A DNA stretch of 64,000 nucleotides from Hydrolagus affinis. Lineage: Eukaryota. The first letter of the stretch is position 1, and each line of letters starts with the position of its first letter. The position numbers were made by a program, and so were the translations under genes. Under the pieces are notes generated by a model. The model was given only the letters and a program-made list of their open reading frames with translations. It had not been told where the DNA came from and ran no database searches. Location of the stretch: NCBI GenBank assembly GCA_012026655.1, contig JAAILG010000190.1, forward strand, positions 62,001 through 126,000. The letters are read 5' to 3'. Below, piece after piece: positions 1-12,780 of the stretch.

Positions 1-1424
1 GTCTTTATTGTCTATTTTTCTTGTTCTATTCACTATATAATGAGATGTATCCAGATTTGTTCTTTACATCTGAATAGGTACACTGTATTATAAAACACTG
101 GCCTGTCAAATCTAACATTATTCCATATTTTTGTGAATAAAATGCAGGGCCACATCTAGCGACTACAGGAAGAATTTATAATCACAGACAACAATTCTTA
201 GTACTGTACTTTGTTTACTGCTTCTATATACTACCTCTACACTCCCCATTGGTTCTATAGCACATAGAAAATAACCTTGAAATTACATCATAAATGAGCT
301 AACGTCTGAATGTTGGTCTACCACATTAACATGCATATACTGTACATACACTGAGGTGAGAATTCTAATACATTTGTTTCACTTCCAATTTATTTGGTCT
401 TGAGAGAATTAATGGGTGCGGGAAAAAAAATTGTAATGCCACTTACAACCAAATGAACAGTACTATTCATTCCCCGTCAATATTGGATTGTTTTAAACTA
501 CGAGTCTAATCTTTTAAAATTAAAATTTCAGGAAATGTATTGCTTATTCCCCAATACATTTTATACATCATTTTGTGAGTGCATACCCGAGCAGTCGACT
601 GAGGCGGAGGATTCAGTGGCATTAATTAACTGGCTTAAAGTATTACACATATCTTGGTCACAGGTTATTTTTTTAATCCGTTAATTCATTAGTATTTTAA
701 GTATGAAACTTTTCTCTATTAATCATGGAACAATGATATTGAAAGGCAGCTCAGCTTAATTGATAATTTGTGCCCTGGCATTTTTCCGAGGAAATAAGCA
801 AAGTTTGCCAGAAAATAGTTATCGACGCTGACGAGATTCTTTTTTGATTTCTAATTAGCTCGAGCAACAGGCTTAATCAAACAAAAGAAAACTACATTTT
901 ATATTGTTCAATCTCTTACAGTAAGTGAGAAGCACTGCAATGGAGCTCCTCGTTCCAAATGCCAATGACAAGGTTCAAATCTTAATTAAAATTTGATTTG
1001 TATCCTTTCAAGAAACGCTGTGAGGTGTTTCCTGTTAAACTAAATCTAGTTACCTCCCCCGTTACTGAGAATATCACAGGACAGAAACAGACCGTTTAGT
1101 TGTAATAGTCCTTTGCGAATATTTATACTCCACATGAGCCTTCAACCCTCCAAAACCTGCTCTCCTAGCCCCTTCTGTTCCCTTCCCCCTCATTGTACGC
1201 ATTACGTTTCCTCTTATATACATTGATGCTTTCTGCTTCAACCACAGCATATGTTGTAAACTGTAAATGTCTTTCAGAACTACACTGTGGGTTTGTACAG
1301 CTGGACTTTGTTGTCCTAGTTCGCTACCCTTTTGCCAGAGTTTAGAAATCGGATGCCATGAGAAGACACAACTGAAAACATGTACAGATAGATATATGTC
1401 AGTTATGTACAGATGTACAGATAG

Positions 1425-1880
1425 ATAACTTCAGTTATGGGGAAAGGCTAGATAGGCTAGGTTTATTCTCTTTGGAACAGAGAAGGTTGAGAGTAGACCT
1501 GATAGAGGTTTATAATATCATGAGGGGATTCGACAGGGTGAATAAGGAAAAGCTGTTTCTACTTCGGGCGAATCTGTGACTCGTGGTCAAGGATTTAAAA
1601 TAGTTTCAAAACGAAGCAGAGGGGAGCTGAGGAGAAATTTTTTCACTCAGCGGATTGCTCAAATCTGGAATGCATTGCCTGAAAAGGTGGTGGAGACCAA
1701 TTCGATAACAGCTTTTAAAAGAGAATTAGATATTTATTTAGGGAGAACAGGTTTCTTAGGTTATGGGGAGAGAGCTGGGCAGTGGGATTCAGTTGCTCTT
1801 TTCAAAGAGCCGGCACAGACTAGATAGGCCGAATGGCCTCCTTTTGTGCAATAAAATTCTATGATTCTGTGATTCTATGA
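1425..1880 (+). mobile_element. CR1 LINE 3' fragment (ORF2 C-terminus + 3' UTR)
   Basis: Translates to YGERLDRLGLFSLEQRRLR...TRGQGFKI...RRNFFTQRIAQIWNALPEKVVE...FKRELDIYL and ends in the CR1-type ATTCT(A/G)TG repeats. Confidence 0.9.
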
Positions 1881-2870
1881 TGTGCAAGACCCAGGCAACG
1901 CATCCATAAACAATAAGGTTCTAGAGTTGGGAATGAGTATCAGAGCGCTTCACAGTAAATTAAGTGTACACAAAAAATAATAGGTTTGAGTAGCGGAGCT
2001 TCGGATAGTTATTTATAGTATATGGGCTTATTCTGAACATTTAAAAAAGTATTCAATTGTATTGCATATCTAGCAAAATGTGTATATTAAGCAATCGCCC
2101 AATAACATTAAGATTCAAACTTTATGGATTACACCCACCATCATATCATAAGAACTTCAGCGGGGGCTTTAAAGCAATAGTCACGCCTCACGAGGCGTCT
2201 GAATTGAACAGTGCGGGTAGTAAGGTCCTGGAGTTTTAGTTGATTTCCTTCGGGAATCAGAGAGACATTTTATGGAAGTTTCTCCTTGAGAGTTGTGTGT
2301 GTTGCAAGTGCAGAGTAAAGGTGTGACCAAATTCTGTTTTCATACTTTATTGGTGATACAATTGTATTGTCCCTTTAAAGAATCCAGAAGCTCTTGTTTG
2401 GATCTATCTTTCCCACTCCTCTCAAGGCTAAATGTACAAATTGGATATATATTTAACAATCCAAAATGCAGTTTTTTTTTACATACTACAGGTTTCCAGT
2501 AATTACAATTTTAGATTGTGGTTGGAATACATAATTATTACAGAACAGATTTCCTGGTAATAATAAATGGAATCTTATAATGAACTAAACGAGTTAGAGA
2601 TCTGCATGATTACTAGTGTGAAAACTACTTTTTTAAAGAGGCATAATTTAATTGAAAGAGCTGGTGTTTCTTAGTACAGTACATTAGTGATGTACGTTTC
2701 ATATCACCAGCTCTATCACACATAATTCCTAAAACTCTCTCTTTCTTTCAGCAATCTCCAGCAATAAAGAATACAAAGAGTAATCTTACTGATTCATAAC
2801 CGATATCTGAATTTCACAAAGATCAACTTAAAATAATCATTAATTTGTCTGCAATATAGCCGCATTCACT

Positions 2871-3187
2871 GGTGTAGACCTGTAGCTCAGTGGTTAGAGC
2901 ACTCACCTCACAATCAAGAGACCTGGATTCTATTCCCGGCCAGGGCAAAACCGTGGGCAAGTTTCCTTACTCCACATGATAATAATCCCTCAAGAAAAAA
3001 AACAATAATAAATTGGTCCCTTCAATCCACGACTGTTTGTGGGGACACTGCTGTGCGCAATTGGCTGCCAAGTTTCGCCCACAAATATACAACAAGTCAC
3101 TTAACAGTATATTCTGCGAAGTGCTTTGAGACGTCTAGAAGAGGTGAAAAGTGCTATATCAAATCCAAGGAATATTATTATTATTAT
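2871..3187 (+). mobile_element. Full-length tRNA-derived SINE with L2-type tail (abundant family A)
   Basis: A-box TAGCTCAGTGG, B-box-like GGATTCTATTCC, body GGGCAAGTTTCCTTACTCCAC...GGACACTGCTGTGCGCAATTGGCTGCC, tail ...GCTATATCAAAT..(ATT)n. Many near-identical copies occur across the window. Confidence 0.9.
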
Positions 3188-6100
3188 AAAACAATGTGGT
3201 TCAAGTCTATGTTATAATTCAGGGCTGCCGTAGATGCGATGAACAATTTGCTGAAAGTGCTGAGACAAATTGTGTGTGTTGCTGATCAGGATTATCCTCA
3301 TCCTTAAGACAAGACAGTTAAATTTTACTTTTCTATGTGTGGCACATGTCTCTCTGCGGGTAAAAATAAGCCTTAATCGCGATCATGCCAAGGTTTTTTA
3401 TCCCCAGCTCGCGAGAGAGAAACAAATAATTGGTGTCACTGTGCATCTGCGTTTCTGCCTAACCGTGATAACTCCTTATTTGTGCAATTCTGACAAGATT
3501 GTTCAAGTGCTGGGGGGGAAAAAACAGGACTTTGGGGACTGCATTTGAAAAATTATGGATGCGTTTCTATGGAAACGATCAACCGTGATCAGTTAATCAG
3601 TTTTATTGAGCTATCTCGCCAAAAAATATGGTCTTGGTAAAAATTGACTTTTGTGTTTACCCAAAATACAGTTTCTAGACTTGGCACAAAGTGCCTTTGA
3701 ACACATAATGCAACAATTGTCTGGTGTGATGTTCTGACTTTAGCTGTGCAAACCCTTTCGCACACTCTCTTTAAATACAGACGCACAGAACTCCACTCTG
3801 AATTCACTGCAATTGCTTCAATTAATGACACCCCACTGAATCAAAGTGATCGTTAATATTAATCTTAATGCTTCAATAAATTCTAAGGTGATTTGGAGGA
3901 TTTAATGCAATTTTTTTTATCAGATTATACTTGTACCGGTTGAGTACATTTCCATCTCCAGCTAAAAGTGATACTTCAGCTCACAATGGGAATGCACTGA
4001 CTGCGAGGCAGCAAACAGCCACTTCACTGTAAGATCTTCTCTTTGAACTACTGTCTAAGAAATGTTTAAAGCTGCATCTTCACCAGGGTAACGGTACTGG
4101 ACTCTGCTGAACTCTGTACACATTCTCGGGTTAAGGAGAGATCTGGAGTATAATTGCAGTTTTACAAAACTGACACTTGTGCTCTTCTGATTATTATTCC
4201 ACTTCACCGAAGATACAGAGGACACTGAGCACTGTGCTATTGCTTGTGGAATTATTATATACAATCAAGAGTATGAAAATGATCCTATGCCTGAGTGGGA
4301 TGAAATGACCTGATGTGAAAGGCACTATACAAACGTAATATTGTATCGTACTGTACATCCCATTCAGTCCTGTTTACTTGTCTAAATTAAAATGCTTCGC
4401 ATAAATAGTTGAGGTGGAGTGATGGCTTTATATGGCTTTATCTTCAGATCCTTCAAGTTCCTTTGCAGGAATTTCAGCGTCCACCATAACCCTACTCCGG
4501 TGAGAGATTATTTAAGTGGCTGCTTCCTAAATTCCTTGCTGGCTAATCGAATAAAAATACCCCACACTAGGACTCGCTCAAGGGTGGGTGACTGTATAGC
4601 ACTTCAGGGCTTAAAAGAAGCAAGAAAATCACGGGATAAGTTTCACAAATGAGGATACGCAAGCAATAAACACACAACTGAATTACAAGATTATCCTCAT
4701 CCAAAGTCTGCAATTTCTTGTGTGTTTGAGCTTTTGAACACCCATTTGTATCTTTTTCCATTAACAGATGGAAGGCTTGAGGCTTTCTGAAGGATTTGGC
4801 CAAAATATTCAAATGTACATGCCTGTCACTGATTGGCATAGTGTGAAGTCCAGTGATCTAGCGACTGGACTTGTTTCATCTCATTATTTAGCACACTAAT
4901 GTTTAAGCATGTTGAATGGTAGTACTGCTGCTGATTTGGATAGTAGCCAGAAAACTGAGGCCTGGAGATTATTCTAATGCACTCCCTACAGTCCAGATTA
5001 AAGTGTAATTTATATGCAGCAGTAGTTAAAGAAAAAGTCATTTTCTACTCCACTTATGCTGTAACACACTTCATGCAAGATGACTGAATTTACAGACAAC
5101 TGAGCAGGACTGAATAAAGCTGAGTCCTTATAATCCATTCCCTATAAAAAGTGGAGTGATTTGCTTGATGAAGTAAACAGATGTAACAGCAATGCGCTAC
5201 TATTACGTATGTTTACAGGACACAATGCTTGGACTGTTTCCCTGACATGAAAGGTGCTCCACAAATGTAATTTTGTTGTTGTTGCACTGAGCAAGTGTGT
5301 GTGTGTGGAGGTGGGGAGGGGGGCAGAGGAAAGATACTAAAAGGCAAAAGAAATCTGTAATTTACTGACTGGAGATAAAAATTGATGATCCAACCGCAGG
5401 CTGGCCACCGATTTGATAATTTTGTGAGGTTTTATTTAAAGGTCACCATTTTGTGAGAGTAATTTTTACTCGCTGCTTAAATGGGATAAAATTCGATTTG
5501 GATTCTTTTCATTGAGAAACTTTCTGTTCACCTTTCAAACAAACTCTCAGTCGCAGATAATCAAGTTGAAGGATTGATATTGTTCCTAAAAAGTGTCTTA
5601 ATTATCTTTTTTCAGTCGAGAACTTGGTCAAGATTATAACTCCCGGTCTGAACTGCAGCTGCACAGAGCAAAGCTGTTGGCAGATGATTTCCTTGTGTCC
5701 TCCTACACATTTTACTCAGATTTTTATTTGAAATGTCTTCATAATTAATTGATCTTACTCATAACAATCTAATAGACTGAGAACACTAACTTCTCAGCAA
5801 GAGTATTTGTAGCTTTTTTGCTGCCGGAATCCATTATTAAGGTGTTGCACTCCTTAAGACCTATCTTCCTCGGCCTTAAGACCGATCTTTTCAACCACGA
5901 CAGTTCGGGAGCCCTATCAGCTGTGTGAAGTGTATGTACCTGATACATACAAAAAAGCCACGCTGTGATTTACAACGAGAGGTTTGATGCGGGTGGAAAG
6001 ACCAAATGCTAGAGGATAAAGGCAGCCGACTTGGGTTTACTGATCAAATCGTACTTCTAATGAATCCTAAGAGTTGAAAGTAAAATGTATTCTGAAAATG

Positions 6101-6439
6101 ACAGGCTGGTCTACCGGAAAAAAAAATCAATATACTGCACAGCTAGGAGAAATCCTTATTGCTAACAGTTTGCTCTCGACCCCTACTGTTTTCCAACAGA
6201 AGGGTGTGAATAAGGGGCTGTAAAACGTTGGCTTTTATAGCTTGAGCTGTGTTGTTTTGGCATCGACATTATTAAATTGATGTTCACTTTAAAATTCTTC
6301 TGATTTCCCAGTGGATCTGGGTGCATTGAGGAAACTGCCTATAATTCTTGTACCTTCATTCCGATCTTCTCCTGCTGTTGTTCTCGTCAAACCTGGGAAG
6401 TCGTGTTTTGAAATGAAGACAGGGCAGCTTCAAGTCCCA

Positions 6440-6473
6440 CTGAAATATACAGTCAACTCACTTCACAGTATAT

Positions 6474-6505
<32 letters not shown>

Positions 6506-6585
6506 CACTGTATATATATTCTGTGAAGTGCTTTAAGGTATCTCAATGGCATGATAAGGCGCTATATCAAATGCAAGGGTTATTA
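6440..6585 (+). mobile_element. Family A SINE 3' fragment with internal (TA)n expansion (~6468-6520)
   Basis: AAATATACAGTCAACTCACTTCACAG-(TA)n-TTCTGTGAAGTGCTTT...GCGCTATATCAAATGCAAGG. Confidence 0.75.
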
Positions 6586-6689
6586 AGTCAGAATTTTACA
6601 AAGCCTCTCATCTTCATACTCATTTATACTACAGCGCTATCATATCTGAATGGAGTAAGGAGAGACTGACAGTATCTCATTTAATTATT

Positions 6690-6819
6690 TAAACCGGGCT
6701 TTTGGTCACCTTTCTGCCCCTGCCCCAGGCTCGGTCCCGGGATCCGCTACTGTAAAGCGCTCTGAGACGCCGTCCGGCGTGGAGGACGCTATATAAATCA
6801 AAGTTGTTGTTGTTGTTGT
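6690..6819 (+). mobile_element. L2 LINE 3' end, (TTG)n-tailed variant
   Basis: TGTAAAGCGCTCTGAGACGCCGTCCGGCGTGGAGGACGCTATATAAATCAAAG(TTG)n. The same tail recurs at ~54550-54613. Confidence 0.7.
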
Positions 6820-7439
6820 AATTGACAGAAAGTTCACATTCCTGTACTCTATTCGAGATCAACCGATCATCTCGAGATCAACCTTCCTACTGGATATGGT
6901 CACAAAGTGTTATTTATAATTGAATCACACGTTTTTGTTTCACTAGCAAATCTGCAACCCCGATTGTTGCTGGAATGCCAGTGAATCCACAGGTTTGTAA
7001 TTACCAAACCCTAAATGAGAGGAGGGATGTCTAAAATTTTTTTTTAATAGAGTGTTAAAAGGAAGAGCCAGCACACTGGAATATTATGAAAGAAACTGCT
7101 TTCTCATTAATCTTAAAATACAGTGAATTGAATATATCACACAGGAGCTTTCAACAAATCACTGGGTTACAAACCCAATGTGATCCGTACCAGCTGAGTT
7201 TATAAGGCAAGTGAGAATCAAATTTTGGTGCAAACCTTCTCTTTCTGGTTTCAGGAGTGGAGCTTTCATTGACCTTCACTGGTTTAACCCTGATCTTCAA
7301 CTCACATTTGGTAACAATCTGCAGGGATACACTGCTCTTGTGCACTGTCACTGTGCTTAAATTCATGCCCTCTTCTCCTTATATCATTTACTAGCGTAGT
7401 GGCAATAATCCCCCTCAATGCTGTGACTTTAATCTCATA

Positions 7440-7695
7440 GATTAGGTTGACCCCTGCTGCTAGGAGAATGCTGCATTGTTGGTGATGCGTCCCTCAGGCG
7501 AGATGTTGAAACCAAAGTCCTATCTGCCTGCTCTGGACACGTTAAAGATCCTAAGTCTATTTGAAAAGAGAGGGGAAGATTCTCCCAGTGTCCTGACCAC
7601 AACTGCCATTCCCTTCATAACTGTTTGCTGAGCACAAATTGGCTGCCACATACAGCTGCAAACTGTCATTACACTACAGAAAACTTTCATTATCT
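7440..7695 (+). mobile_element. Old Deu-domain SINE (SacSINE1/AmnSINE-like), degraded
   Basis: GAGATGTTGAAACC...GTTAAAGATCC...TATTTGAAAAGAGAGGGGAAGATTCTCCCAGTGTCCTGACCA...CAAATTGGCTGCC resembles the Deu central domain as recalled. Confidence 0.65.
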
Positions 7696-7991
7696 TAAAT
7701 ACCTCTATCATCTCATCCATTAACTTTCTGTGCTCGGTGACAGTATCTCTGTTGAGAGAGGGGATTAATGGTTATAGGGATAATAAAATCCCAGCCTGTT
7801 TACCATTGATCTTACAAGCTGAAGGTAAGTGCTGAAGGGAGCCAGTGAAAGGAGGATCAGACATTAGTCGCGGAAGCAATATATTTGATAGAACAAATGG
7901 TCTTTTTATTGCCCCAGATCATTTGATGTTTCAAATGCATTTTAAAGAGAAAGAATCAAACACACGCACACACATACACACACACAGGTAC

Positions 7992-8414
7992 CTGCTATGT
8001 GGAATTTCTGCAGAATCTCCAGCCGTACTGATTTTTGCAGGTTAAAGTAATTGTTCTCTTCTTCCGCGTTCTGGAGAAACAGCGGGATGTGCTGAAAGAC
8101 GATCGCGTGTTTACACTTGTGTTGTTCAGCTACGGCAAGTTGTGCCTCGAGCCAGCGATCGTGGGCCTCCTTCAGCTCAGGGCAGCGAGAAGCATCGTGG
8201 TAAAACTGCGAGTTCAGCACGAGGAACATGACTCCCCCCACCCAGAACGTGAAATAATCGTCACCCCAGTCACTGCAGTATTCTGCGATGCTCTCTGGGG
8301 TTGGAGTGTTTCCTATATCGTGATTACCGCTGACAAAAACCAGTGGAATGGTGGGATCGATGCCCTTCAGAGTCTGCTTCAGATCACCCAGCTGCTCCTG
8401 TCGCCAACGGGTCC
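7992..8414 (-). CDS. CPPED1: CPPED1 coding exon 3 (423 nt): [142 protein letters not shown]
   Basis: Acceptor polyT-ccag|GG, donor GCAG|gtacct, open frame throughout. Contains GNHD and FQHIP metallophosphoesterase motifs. The terminal exon (GHxH) was not found in 1-7991, so it is presumably left of the window. Confidence 0.97.
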
Positions 8415-8593
8415 CTGGAAAAAAAACAAGTCCATGTATGTAGGCTGATCCTTTTACTTTTAACTCCTAAATTATAATAGCAATTTGCCTTTATACGCCT
8501 TTCAAGAAGGATAAACTGTTTGAAACTCCTTACAAATGACGTCAATTGGAAATGAAGTGAACATTGTCACCAACGATGTTTCCCACAAAATAC

Positions 8594-9537
8594 TAATAAT
8601 AATCCTTGCATTGATATGGCGCTGTTCACATCTTCTAGACGTCTCAAAGCGCTTCACAGAATATGCTGCAAAGTGTAAAAACAACCGTTGGAGGAGTTAG
8701 CCATTTACTTTCGGCAATTTTTTTGAGTGAGTTTGAAATACGATGTTGAACAGGCACTTAGGGGAATTCAATCGAGGACAGCAGGGAGAAATGTGCATTT
8801 GCTATAGAATATTATTTAGGCGCACTAGAGTTTTGTCGTCCTTTTCTCCCAATGAAATGGGAATTTGAGCACACGCAAAGATAGTTCCCCTTTTGCCTGG
8901 TTACCCTGCAGTTCATGGCACAAATATTCGGAATGAGCCTCATTGTAAATAAATAAATAAATAAATCTTGCATTCGATGCAGTGCTTTTCACGTCTTCTA
9001 GATGTCTCAAAGCGCTTCACAGAATACATACGAGCACGGGGAATGGGCAGGGTAGGAGAGAGAGAGGTGGGAGGGTGATAGATGGCCCAATCGAAAAGGA
9101 GAGTCTCTCGTCTGCAAGGCGAGTGCTCTAACCACTGACGTAAAGGACTCCACTTCTCTACCAGTGGTAGGAAAAGCCTGAAATTGTGTGTCACCATGGT
9201 GCTTTTTAAATGTTTATTCATGTTTTAAATAATCTACCTTAATAGGATGTACTGCAAAGTGAACTGCCTGTATATTTTGTGGGAGAAATGCAGCATGGAA
9301 TTGTGCACAGCATTGTCCCACAAACAGTCATGAATTGAGTGACCAAATGTTTGAGGTACTGTTGCCCCTGGAAGAGCAATCTGCCAATCGATTAACAACC
9401 GGGGTCCGACTTACTGCTAGGTGAACTGAGGCGTGGAGTAAGGAAACCTGCCCAACTTTTCACCCCACCAGGGAATTGAACCCAGGTCCTCTTGCTTGTG
9501 AGACAAGTGCTCTAACCACAAAGCTGGAGGACTCCAC
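8594..9537 (-). mobile_element. Cluster of family A SINE pieces: tail 8594-8680, chimeric copy 8945-9153, long-variant copy ~9245-9537
   Basis: Reverse-complement tails (AATAATCCTTGCATT..GATAT..GCGC..TCACGTCTTCTAGACGTCTCAAAGCGCTTCACAGAATA) and heads (GAGTGCTCTAACCAC...GGACTCCAC). Confidence 0.8.
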
Positions 9538-11094
9538 GGTGTAGCAGCAATAGCAAGCTGTGTCACCATGCGGCTTTTTAAATGTTCCTCATAATCTATT
9601 CATGAAATGAATACACAAGGAATATAGAAAATAATAGAATTTGTTAAATGTGCAACACTTTAATGACTTTAAAATTGTATCGCAACGCATGCTTACTAAT
9701 CATTTTAAATATTAAAAGGCCCATGAACCGGAATATTAGACTCACAATTAGCAATCATGTCTAATTGTGAAGAGTTTTAGGCCAATTAGCCAAATTGTTT
9801 CAATAACATATTAAATGAGCAGGAGTCCTTGATATACATTAGAGGCAGTTACCGCAACATAAAGTGAACCAAAAATAATGGCAGAAGCTAGATTATTAAG
9901 CTTGTTAAAAGCTTAGCATATGTTAACTTGCTTCAGAGAATCTCTGAAATGGTTCTTACGTGCAGATCTTTACTATTCGAAGATTCTGTTGATTTTTTTT
10001 GCAGGGTCTTGTACACAAGTTTGTTTCTCTTTTTAATGGTTATGTAATTAAATCATTTTAGTTTTTTATTCAACTATTCAAAATGACATTTCTGTTCAGC
10101 CCAAAATGTTGTCACCCAAAACTGGAAATATTACAATTGCTTCTTTGCTTCTGTGTTTGGTTGGGAAGTATCAAAACTGTTTCTTTTTTTTATTCCTTGT
10201 AAATTTACAGCACGCGAGGCCATTCGGTCTATTGTGTCTGTCACTGCTTGTTCATATCACAGCCATCTAAATAGTCCCGTGAGCTTGCCATTTCCCCAAC
10301 CTCATACAGGTTCACACAAGGCTAGTTAATGGAGGTAGCAGAGAGCAGCCGTGTGACACCTAGGTTGTCAATCTTAACTAGAATGTCAGGATTTAATATA
10401 GAAATACTTGTACATTTTCTAAAGGATTGGTTCTAACTTCCTCAATTACATCCGAGCTCAGAAGGGTGCCTAAAGTGGGTTGCATTTGAGTACAAGTGTA
10501 CATAATGAGCTTGGTCGTATTCTTTCACTAACTGATACTAAATCAGCAGTCTGTTCAGAGAGAAAGTAGAAGGTACTCAGAAAGTAGCTCTCTACCGGAC
10601 TTAGAAAGTAAAAATGTCACAGTGGTTTAGAGTACTGTCTGGGGAGTGGGGAGGAGACACAATTGCAAGTTGCATTCAAAAGTTTTCTCAATCCCACAAC
10701 CTGAACAAGGATAAAGAAGGAAAAAAAAAGTCTTGATGTATAATCTGTCATTTTGAAAGGGATAAGTTGTCTTGAAATATATAAACTGTCAGGGGAGACG
10801 GAGAGAACAATGTTGTTTCCACAGAATGATGCGCTGTGATGCCATTTACATTCTTTGGGCAATGCGACGGTAAACAAATGAAACTTGACTCTTATCGAGA
10901 CAAATTCTCTTTAATATGTTTCTGGATAATGAATGCATGATATGCGGAGGTTGTTAAGTTAAAGAATGGGTTGGCTACTTTGGGTGAGAAAGGGCTAAAA
11001 GCAAATTACTCACCGCCCACGTCAACTGTATTTCAAAACTAGTTAAAGAAAAATCTCTCCCAAAGCTGTTCTTGGGTACTTAGGTTAATGATAT

Positions 11095-11510
11095 TAATAA
11101 TTCTTGCATTTGATATAGCATCAACCACGTATCAAAGTGCTTCACAGGATTAACTGTAAAATGTAATTTCTGTGTATTTTGTAGATGAATGCGTTTGTGG
11201 ACACGCAGCAGTGCCCACAAACATCTGTTAAGCAAATAAACACGTTTATTTTTGAGGATTGTGGACTAGAGCACAAGGAAAAACTCGATTCTAGCATGAA
11301 TTTCTTAACCTTCAACCTGAACAGGAACACAGGGCTTCAGTTTAACATCTCATCTAAAAGACTTCACCTCAAACGATTCAAGGTTCCTGAGCGCCTCATT
11401 GGACTATCAGCCCCATATCAAAACTTGAGTTCAAAGTTTCGATATGGGACTTGAACCCACACCTTCTGAGTCAGAGGAGAGAATGCTTCCAACTGAGCCA
11501 GACTGATACT
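11095..11510 (-). mobile_element. Near full-length old Deu-domain tRNA-SINE (SacSINE1-like)
   Basis: Minus strand reads CTGGCTCAGTTGGAAGCATTCTCTCCTCTGACTCAGAAGGTGTGGGTTCAAGTCCC (A/B boxes), then GATGAGATGTTAAAC.., then an L2-type tail. Confidence 0.75.
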
Positions 11511-12329
11511 TAAAACGATGTCCACCTCTTTAAGAGCAACTCCATTTCATTTGATCAGTATTAAGATTTTGTTTGCTGTTTCTACAATCGCTTAGTGTCT
11601 GGAGGTATAAAACTGATCCCTCTTTGTACTGTACTTCTCTCTATCTTTTAGAGAAACCTTCTCTAAAATGGCACTGTTTGACAGGGCCTTTTGATTAATA
11701 TTTTAAATCTGTCATTTCCCCGGATTTGGTCTCCACCGCTACATTTGACAAGTGCATTCTTTTACATAAAAGAATCTGTATGAATACAAGATGTTGTTTA
11801 CTGACTAGAATAGATAACCCAGAGCAGGGATTTCGGCCAATGGGTCTGAACGGTTGCACAATGCTAACAGCAGCATCGTCTGCTCATGGGAGTCGCAGAC
11901 ACTCAATCCTCAGCCCAGGACCTGCATCTGATTTTGTTGAGTTTATGCAGCAAATTAATCATGAAGAGATTTACGTTCAAGGTGGCGCAAATGCGGATAA
12001 ACCTTTTCCTGTTGGCGAATGTGTGTCAGGCAGTGGCTCGAATGGCGCTGACACACGCAACTAGTTGTTCGAGTGTGATGTCTTTGAACCTAAAGTTGTG
12101 TCTCTCCTGAAGCAAAAACACACGCAATGCTCGTGCCTTCAAATTGAAATAAGATTATAATTCCTTTATTACCCGAGGCATTTCAAGATGCAGTTAATCA
12201 TGTTTAAAGAACATGTGTCTGTCTGGCTGTTGGCTGTGATTCCAACCCAAGCTCTTTTCTTTTTTGACCAAGATTATAATGTGAGTGTTCCACATTTGTA
12301 TGATTTCCATTTATCTAATAAGGATTCTT

Positions 12330-12417
12330 CACGCTCTTCCTCACACCCTGCTTATCCGTCGCCTTGGGACGTCCTCCTGACGTGAAAGGCGCTATACAAG
12401 TGTAATTTTGTTGTTGC
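12330..12417 (+). mobile_element. L2 LINE 3' tail fragment
   Basis: GCCTTGGGACGTCCTCCTGACGTGAAAGGCGCTATACAAGTGTAATTTTGTTGTTG. Confidence 0.7.
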
Positions 12418-12699
12418 TGCATCCAATTCCAGAAAATTTTGGCTGCAGGTTGCCAAGAGACGAGGCATGGGGACTCCAGAGTGTGAGTTGAGGGTAATCC
12501 TGGTGTTTAACCACCTGAAACCATTGCAGAGAATTAGTAACCTTCCTGTTTGTTCACCGAGGGCCACTAAATTCATTAGTGCTTTTGCTTGCATCATAAC
12601 CTGTATGGGAGCTATACAGGACAACTAGTTTAATGCACAATGAAAATAGCTTTTACCTTTGCAAATAAAACTAAAAACCAATATATCTGACAATGCAAG

Positions 12700-12780
12700 A
12701 TATAGGAACAGGAGAAGGCCATTCAGCCCCTGAAACCTGTTCTCCTATTCTATGATGGCTATTCTGTAACTCAACTAAAC
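12700..12780 (-). mobile_element. CR1 3' UTR fragment
   Basis: ATAGGAACAGGAGAAGGCCATTCAGCCCC..AAACCTGTTCTCC is similar to the CR1 end at 57741. Confidence 0.55.

Noticed and set aside
4826-5041. Minus-strand FSGYYPN peptide as a possible CPPED1 last exon
   Set aside because: Lacks the GHYH motif and the downstream VVSSAIG-like sequence expected for the terminal exon.
8035-8448. 137-aa plus-strand ORF
   Set aside because: Antisense shadow of CPPED1 exon 3.
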